Assembly: GCA_964016885.1 (NCBI GenBank)
Contig: OZ024743.1
Span: forward strand, 290,036,001-290,100,000
Direction: 5' to 3'
DNA: 64,000 nt
Origin: Eledone cirrhosa
Lineage: Eukaryota
Every line of letters starts with the position of its first letter. Within the stretch, counting starts at the first letter, position 1. Below are positions 55,672 through 64,000 of the stretch, in pieces. The translations under genes and the position numbers were made by a program. The notes under the pieces were generated by a model, which saw only the letters and a program-made list of their open reading frames with translations, searched no databases and was not told the DNA's origin.

Positions 55672-58600
55672 ATGCCGACATCTCATTAACAAATGAGTTC
55701 AACAACAACAACACAAATATATACGGCAACACTACGGTCTACTGTGATGAATTATCTGTATCACAAGTGCCGCCTAATTATGCCACATTCAATAAGGTAA
55801 ATATGATTAGATGTTTGTCAGAAATAGAAAAAAACAAAAACAAAAGTAACAACATACGCACAAACATATACAACACAGATTGCAACAACAAGAGACAGGC
55901 AGACACAAACAACAATAACAACAACACACACATCAACAATAATAACATACTCAGAAACAACAACAACAGAGACGAAGACACAAACAACAATAACAACACA
56001 CACAACAATAATAACATACACGGAGACAACAGCAACAACCCACATCAACAACAGCACACATCAACAACAGCAGACATAAACAACAACAACAACAACACAC
56101 ACACATTCAATGCCTCTCACCACCACCACAATCTTAACAAACACACAGACACAGAAAACAGGTAATGGCAGTAGCACAGAAATAAGGGAAGGTAATAGGA
56201 TTGAAAGGAGAAGGGAGACTATGGACAGAGAAAATAACCAAGACGAACACACAGACACACTAAATAGAGTATATAATAACAATGAGCCAGAGGAAAGAAA
56301 CAGGAGTAATAATGAGAGACATAGAAACAACCATGAGGCTGTTAGTGGAAATAGAAATATAAACAACACAACTAACAATAACAATAGCACTAGTACACAT
56401 AAAGCAGCAGCCTGGAACTCTACTTTTTATAATCCCTCCGATAAGTCGTTCGACCTGCGCCGAGTCCACGGCACGACTTTAGCTTTTAACAAATGCACGC
56501 AATTGCCGTGGCAGCTCGATGAACAAACAGAAGCACAATTTAGTATAGCTAGATCTAAACTTAGAAATATTAAAGAACAGTATAGCAAGAATCATAATAG
56601 AATGGAGTCACAGCAACTGGGAGAAAAATCTGCAAATGGCTTGCGTAAGCTTATGCAGGGCTCGCATAATGGAGAGATAGCATGCTTTCCAACAGACAAG
56701 TCTGGCAGAATGTCGGTTGACAGTCTGCCAAACTACATCCAGGCAATGCAACCCCACATGACTAACACAAGAGAAGTAACACCACAAGAGCATGAGGATA
56801 GAGAAAAATCCCTCAATGCTCATATGGTGATGTGGAAAAATATAATGCAGCCCAACAAAAGGACTGCCAACAACTTCCAGGCCTGGAACAATGACGTGCC
56901 AGCGTTGTATGGGCTTCGAAAAGACCATAAAACGAGCAGTGACCCTGTCACGGGACCAACAACACGACCAGTCTGTGGAGCTAACGTTGCTAGTAACTAC
57001 AGACTGTCCTACTTTCTCTCCCTGATCATTGAAATGTCCCCAGATGTATGTGACAGCGCGGAGGACCTCCTCAGCAGAATCGGCGAGAGTAACCGATCTA
57101 GGGACCTAACAAACTACATAATAGGTAGTATGGATGTTGTGTCCCTGTATCCATCTATTGACGTGGATTTTGCTGTGGAGAAATGCGTAGAAATGATCAG
57201 TGAGAGCAATGTTGAGTTCCGTGGGATTGATACCAGTGAGCTTGGACTCCTACTTAAACTTACCTATAGTAATAATTATCTAGACAAATAGGATCTTAGC
57301 AACCTGTGCCCTACAAGACCACCAAGAGGCAGACCACCTACCATTACCTCAATGGCCAAGAAAACCCACACAGATAGATGGAACGGGTGGACCAGAGCCA
57401 TACGGACACCCGAAAACCACGATGAACTAAATAAAAGGATTGCACATGCGGAGGGTGCCACCATAAAATTAACCCTTAAGGAACATATGAGGAGGGAGCA
57501 GCCATTGGTGTTAGCATTGCATGCGACATAGCTAACTTATTCATGGTATGGTGGGAGAGTAGACTTAAACTTAAACTTAAAGAACAATTAGAAGACCCCT
57601 TAACCCTGATAATGTACTCCCGCTACGTTGATGATATAAACATCGTAGTTAAAACACCCCACTAGAGAACAGTCAGGAATTAGAGAAAAACACAATGGAA
57701 AGCATCCAGCAAATAGATAACTCCATCCACCAGAGTATTAGAGTTACTATAGACTACCCAATCAAACACCCCAACCATCGATTACCTGTACTAGACACAT
57801 AGCTCTGATTAGATACCATTAATAACACAAAACAAATCCTCCATTCCCATTATGCCAAACCCATGACTTCCAAATATCTGATCCACCGAAACTCAGCTGT
57901 TTCGGACCATACCAAAATCAACATACTGATTGCGGATTTGGTACGGGTGATGAGAAACGTGTCCCGCATGTGCAACCCCGAAGAACTAGAGAGCCACATA
58001 CAACACTTCATCCACCGTATGCAGTTCTCTGGTTACAATCAGAGAGAGAAAATCAGAGTGTATAGAGGAGCCAGAACCAAATGGGAAAAAATGGTAAATA
58101 ATGACACAAATGGGACCTGCCCCTTGTATAGGAGCAAATTTTGGAATAGAATAGAAAGAACTAGGAATAAGGCTATTAGAATAAACTCATGGTATGATAG
58201 CAATAAATACCAGAGTGTAATGTTCATCGATACAACCCCTAGAGGTGAATTAGCTTACAAATTTAGAAGGGCCCTAGATAAATATAAACTCAATATTAAG
58301 ATAGTAGAAAGACCAGGTACCTCCATAAAAACAATTATTAGCAAGACATACCCTTTTCAAAGAACCCCCTGTATAGATAAGAAATGTATAATCTGTAAAT
58401 TCAGCCCCCATATTAACTGTAAAACTAGAAATGTAGTATATAGCATAAGATGTACTGAAGGACAATGTAGAGATAAAAATATAGTGTACATAGGTAAGAC
58501 AGCTCGTAGTGTAGGGGAACGGATAAATGAATACTGACGAGACCTTCAAGATAGTAAAGAATCATCTGTACTCTACCAACATGCTAAAATAGAACATAAG

Positions 58601-59129
58601 GGTAAATTAGAGAACATAGAAATAAAAATAGAATCTACACACAGAAAAGACGCAATGTTTAGACAAATGACAGAGGCAATAAACATAAATGAACTCCAAC
58701 CAAAATTAAATAGAAAACATGAATGGAACAGCAACATCACAACTTACAATTAAGGACAAAATGAAAACACACGCACATAGAACAAACATCCAACCATTAA
58801 CAGGTAAATAAACAAATAAATAAACAAATATAAACACACACAGACACCCGGATGTAACACATGCGCAAACTAAGAACACAACACACGCAAAACAAGATGG
58901 CGTAGAACAGAACAAAGGAGAGGCACAAAAACAAAGAAAAGAATCCCCAGTCACTGAAGAGTTCACAGAATGTGTGACAAATGAACTTTGACAATATATA
59001 AACAACCATCTGGTTGTGGAACCAACCGGAAATTTATAAATTCATAAATTTATAAATTTCTTATAATAAATTGAAGTGAAGCAACTGGTGCGTGTGTTTC
59101 TTATTGGCAACATGACCCTCCCAAAGTAT
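55672..59129 (+). mobile_element. Penelope-like element (RT + GIY-YIG + pLTR), disrupted by stops/frameshifts
   Basis: PTDKSGR, LYGLRKDHK..RPVCGA, GSMDVVSLYPSI, GAAIG, SRYVDD, LPVLD, HYAKPMTS, CIDKKCIIC, VVYSIRC...VYIGKTARS, RQMTEA..QPKLNRK (stop 58753); TSD AACCATATWTAT. Confidence 0.88.
58950..58992 (+). ncRNA. pLTR hammerhead (GAAA decayed)
   Basis: GTCA-CTGAAGA-gtTCACA-gaatg-TGTGAc-aaatgaactt/TGAC; intact GAAA in the copy at 12289. Confidence 0.5.
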
Positions 59130-60390
59130 AACCATATATATTTTATTATACATATTTCAAGGGCAACCAAGGCACACATATATATACTATATACTTTATA
59201 TTATTAGATTATAACATTTTTTTATATGACTGCTTGAAACTCCTTTAAGAAATATTTTTTATTGAAAAACTTACGGAAGGTTTTAAGAAAAATCTTTTGA
59301 AAATTCCTTGGAAAGATATAGAAAAACCATTATTTTCATACCTTCCAAAATGTTTATATTTATATATCTTCAAACGTTTTTAATATATATATCCAAATGT
59401 TTATATATATATGTGGAAAAAGATGATTTTTATATATAGGTTTTTTTATATATATGTAACCTATGGTTTATGCTTTAAATATATTCTTAAGATACATTTT
59501 TTAAAATTGTTTAACTTTATAGCAAGTAAATTTATGACTTCGTATAACATATGGTTCATGTTTTAATTATATTCTTAAGATAAAAAATGTTTAACTTTTT
59601 AAACTTTTTAACTTTATAACATTTAATCCTTAGAGTCTTCTGAGTTCTTAAAAAATCACTTCTAACTTCCTTTACACTTCCTTACTTTTTTTATAATATA
59701 ATTAAGTGGTTATTCCTTTGTAAACTCTCGTAAATTTTTCATAAATTTAGAATTATTTGGATGTTTCAATTTTGACTTACAACTTTTAATAAAATAAACT
59801 ATACTAGATTTGCTCTAATGTAAGATGCGATATATTTATAAAAATAATTTATAATCCTTAACATACACATTTAAACTAATTATTAATATTAAATTATTAA
59901 ATTAAATCTTTAATATTAAGGTACATTTTAATCTTTAATTTTGATTTCTTATTTTTAATTTAAATTGAATGTTAATCTAATTTTTCAACCTATCATTATA
60001 AGTATTATAATCAAAACGTAATGAACCCTGCATTATAAATATTATTCTTCCACGTTAATCTCGTTTCTTCTTTCACTTAGATATACTTACGCTGTGTATA
60101 TTTATCCTTTGAACTCTATTTTAACTATCAATATATATAATCGTTCTTTCTTTCCTCTTCTATCTATTTCCTTTCTTTTTTATTTATTTTTTTCTCTCTC
60201 CCTTACATATTATCTTCTTCCAACAGTTTAATTTAAATAAACCGTTATCTTTTCAACCTTTCGGACACTCATTTGCATACTCACTCATAATTTTCTATCA
60301 CCCTAAATAAGTGTACTATCTCCACTATCCAGGAAGCTTAGGTTGTCTTTTTTTCCGGGTATGTCAATTTTATTTATAAAACAAATCTGT

Positions 60391-60454
60391 ATTTTATCTG
60401 ATGAAAGCGCACCATAATTTGCCTTGGTTGCCCTTGAAATATGTATAATAAAAT
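60391..60454 (+). ncRNA. Minimal hammerhead ribozyme
   Basis: ATTTTAT-CTGATGA-AAGcGCACCA...TGGTTGCcCTT-GAAAT-ATGT-ATA/ATAAAAT (7-bp stem I). Confidence 0.7.
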
Positions 60455-60530
60455 AAATATGGTTTTATAAATATAGTTTCCATTTATTAATATATTTATA
60501 TATTTATATATTTATTAATATATTGTGTAT

Positions 60531-60712
60531 GGTGGATTGGCAGTATCGGTAGAGGGTCGGACGCCATGCTTTCCAGCATAGTTACGTCCCTTTACGATCT
60601 GAGTTCAAATCCCGCCGAGGTTGACTTTGTCTTTTATCCTTACGGGGTCGATAAAATAAAGTACCAGTAATGCACTGAGTAATTGCTGGCCTTGTGCCTA
60701 AAGTAGAAACAA
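60531..60712 (+). mobile_element. tRNA-derived SINE
   Basis: TSD AATATATTGTGTAT. Confidence 0.85.
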
Positions 60713-60808
60713 TATATTGTGTATTTACTCCACTAAACTGTTGAGAGCTTTATAACATTTATAAACATTTTTAAGCTTGCTGAATCCCAACAAATTAAAT
60801 ATAACCTC

Positions 60809-60842
<34 letters not shown>

Positions 60843-61222
60843 CCCCCCCCCCCCTTTCGTTGTCAATCATTGTCTTTTTTATATTTCTATTTCTTTGATT
60901 TTGTTTATGTCCATATCTGTTTCCCTCGCTACTTCCCCAGTTAGATTTTATGCATGTGTGTGTGCAGTGTTTTGTATATGTACGTATGTGCTTTTATGCC
61001 TATACGTGTGTGTGTGTGGGGTTATGTATCCGCATGCATGTTTGTATATCTGTGTGTATTTATATCTTTACGATTACGTCTATGTGCACACTTAAGCGTA
61101 AGCGTGCGCGTGTGTATGAGCATATGTATGCCTGTGTATACTTGCGTGTATGTATTTATACACATGTGTGTATGTATTTATACACATGTGTTTGTGTGGA
61201 TATATATATAAGTATGTATACG

Positions 61223-61262
<40 letters not shown>

Positions 61263-61390
61263 TACATACATATATACGTACACGCATATATACGTACATA
61301 CATATATACGTACATACATATATATATATATATATATATAAGTACATACATATATACGTACACGCATATATACGTACATACATATATACG

Positions 61391-61419
<29 letters not shown>

Positions 61420-61422
<3 letters not shown>

Positions 61423-61836
61423 AGTATGTATACGTACATACATATATGTATACAGACGTACAGTAGTATGTATATATATACATAGATGCACACACATATA
61501 TATATATATATATATGTACGTATGGATTTACCGAACATTTATTATAATGCTCGGTTTGTTTGTAAAGAAACATCCCGAATTAAGCCGTACAGTGTTTAGC
61601 AACCATCGTTGCCCTTTTGTTCAACACTGACAAAGGAACGATATACTAGTTTCAAGCTTATTAGCTATCGTCAGCACCGTATACCTTCCTGCCAGATGAT
61701 TGAACGTCTGAAAGTATATACTTTCCTTATGCATATTAACGGCTGAGCAGCCTATTTTGCATATCGAGTGAGTTAATCGGCCGGGACACCGAAAACGTTA
61801 AGAGTGAGAAATGAAATTTCGTTTCATTTTTTTCCT
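61420..61836 (-). mobile_element. Single copy of the 13480-14260 HHR element; HHR at 61639-61679
   Basis: Colinear with 13480-13840; CTGACGA-tAGCT-aata-AGCTt-GAAAC-TA-GTA. Confidence 0.8.
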
Positions 61837-62176
61837 TTGATATATATATATATATTTATATGTGTATGTATGGAGATATATGTGTATTTATACGTTAATA
61901 TTTAGTACGTGTGTGTTTGTGTGCCTGTGTGTGCGCATATATGAGCAAAGATCGTATGTATATGAGTATATTTGTATTTCCATGTAGACGCACATATACT
62001 TATGTGTGAATGTATAATTTACGTACTATTACGAATATGCGTGACTTTGTGTATGTTTATGTATTTGGATATTTATAGATTTGTGCCTCTCAATTTATGC
62101 CCATTCTTTTATTTCAGCCTCATTTTCCTTTATCCTAAACCCTGTTTTCAAATCGATACTCCATTCAATAATAAAC

Positions 62177-62238
62177 TTATTCTGATGAATGAAGACATTC
62201 TTTAGTGTCAAGCTCTTCAAGAAACCATTGGTAAATGA
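62177..62238 (+). ncRNA. Hammerhead ribozyme, same family as 53808
   Basis: TTATT-CTGATGA-aTGAAGA...TCTTCAa-GAAAC-CATTG-GTA/AATGA. Confidence 0.75.
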
Positions 62239-62970
62239 ATTAGCTATCTTATGTTGTTTATTACATAACTATATCTATATGCATATACATTTGCGTATAA
62301 TACCAATATGCACACTACATATGCTAGCAGAAAACCGCGCGCTATGCGGTTTTTCTGCTAGTTATATTAATTGTTTAAAATAAAAGAGTTAATAAATAAA
62401 TAAACCGTTATACTTGTATTACCTTCATATTTCCACTTCACCGAACGCTATCCTGACTGTATGTGTCTGTTTGTGTAAACGTATATGTGTGAATGTATGT
62501 ATGTTTGTGTGAAAGTTTGTGTGAAAGTAAGTGTGAATGTATGTATATGTGTGTGAAAGTATGTATATTTGTGTGAATTATATCCGTGAGCGTCTGTTTT
62601 TATAAGTTTGTGTTTGCGCGATTATAGTTATATACTCATAATAGTTATATACTCATACGCGTCAGCGTGTAGAAAATCATAATATCTCTATCTCTCTCCT
62701 CACACCCTCCCTCCTTCTATATATATGGTAGTTGAAGTGGTGGTGGTGGCGACGATATACCGGAAGTAGAACTTTGAAAAGAAGTCCATTTTAAATTAGG
62801 AAATTTTATGAAATTATTTGTTTACGAAATTTAGTACGTAAATTATGTAATATTCATTCATAATTTATTCAAAATAATCCAACTTAATTCACTAACTGGA
62901 TTAAAAGAAATAAACAGTACGCAGTCCCGCAGAACTTTCTTTATTATAGTTTATATATGTATATATATAA

Positions 62971-63013
<43 letters not shown>

Positions 63014-63031
63014 TGTGTGCGTGTGTGTGTC

Positions 63032-63604
63032 TGATTTAGGTGAGGTTGGTGTCTCATTTTAATTCATACTTTTAATTTTAATGTTTTTCCTATGCCTGTA
63101 GTAGTTTATATTCTCTTCACGCTGGTGGATGGAAATTCCTGTAAAGAAAAACACACTCTTCTGTGTCTTTCCCCTCTATATATTGTATTTTAAAGTGCTG
63201 TTGAGCACCATTAATTGAATAGTATAGGCTGCCATTTCTAGCAGCTTGCTCTGTTCATGCCACCGATTACTACCCCGCGCACGCATTTCCCTTATGTCTA
63301 CACGTGCGAAAGGTAGGATACTTTAGTTCTCTCTAGTAGTCCGGACAATATCGGCCTTCCCCATGCTGATGACCCACCGGCCCGTATTGGAACCCACTAA
63401 AATGGCGAAACATTCTCCTGGTTAGTGTGTACATGTGTGATTTAGGTGAGGTTGGTTTCTCATTTTAATTTATACTTTTAATTTTAATGTTTTTCCTATG
63501 CCTCTAGTAGCTTATATTCACTTCACGCTGGTGGTTTGAAATTCCTGTAATGAAAAACACATTCTTCTGTGTCTTTCCCCTCTTTATATTGTATTTTAAA
63601 GTGC
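63032..63604. repeat. 167-bp direct repeats (63032-63198; 63438-63604) flanking a degenerate HHR-like motif
   Basis: CTGATGA-cCCA...TGGc-GAAAC at 63366-63411 between the repeats. Confidence 0.6.
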
Positions 63605-64000
63605 CCAGGAAAACCCTTTCCTTTGAGCTCATTTATTTACAGGATTATACGCGAGTCCTTTGCTCCGTTATTTTACTTGATATATATATATATATATTAT
63701 TCAAAATATTAATAAATGGAGACATTCACGTAATCAAAATATATGTTTTATTATATATATTTCAGAGGTACTGTGCTGTTTTTTCAGTACGCCCTCATCA
63801 GATAAAATACTGACATTAATGTATGACATACCTCAACTGTGCTGATGTTTCAATTCCAGTCTTGGCAGTGATTTATTACAACAAAACTCAATATTTATAT
63901 ACCACAAGTAATAGTGTGACAAACTAAATATGATGGAGAGGGATACATAGCGGGATATAGGAGTGGGTGAGTAGGAAAAAGTATAGAAGAAATAAATAAA

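Larger units (their letters stand above)
55631..60494 (+). mobile_element. AT-rich non-coding HHR element with ~75-bp TIR whose left arm is split by the PLE insertion
   Basis: 55631-55671 + 59130-59174 together equal the reverse complement of 60420-60494. Confidence 0.7.

Noticed and set aside
57289-58537. Selenocysteine read-through in the PLE ORF (as in some Naiads)
   Set aside because: TAG stops and frameshifts also occur and the endonuclease is C-terminal; ordinary decay.

Overview
Repeat-saturated, AT-rich metazoan genomic DNA. It is inferred to be octopus/cephalopod-like from the SINE family and the extreme (TA)n/(CA)n density; this is unverified. No host protein-coding exon could be supported. 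Contents: (1) a head-to-tail array of three near-identical 2650-bp R4/Dong-clade LINE copies (RT + CCHC + restriction-like endonuclease) separated by (ATA)n; (2) several Penelope-like elements (PLEs; RT + GIY-YIG), two near full-length but disrupted; (3) fragments of RTE, CRE and Gypsy retroelements and probable non-autonomous Helitrons; (4) about 13 copies of one tRNA-derived SINE. The main unexplained signal is RNA-level. By eye I find about 12 well-formed and about 7 degenerate minimal hammerhead ribozyme (HHR) motifs, many with palindromic stem III. They belong to many unrelated short non-coding elements that share a foldback layout (inverted copy of the 3' tail - body - HHR - tail - (TA)n). 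One HHR family has a long stem-II insertion with compensatory changes, and one candidate has its core elements in permuted order. All motifs were read manually and need computational and biochemical confirmation.
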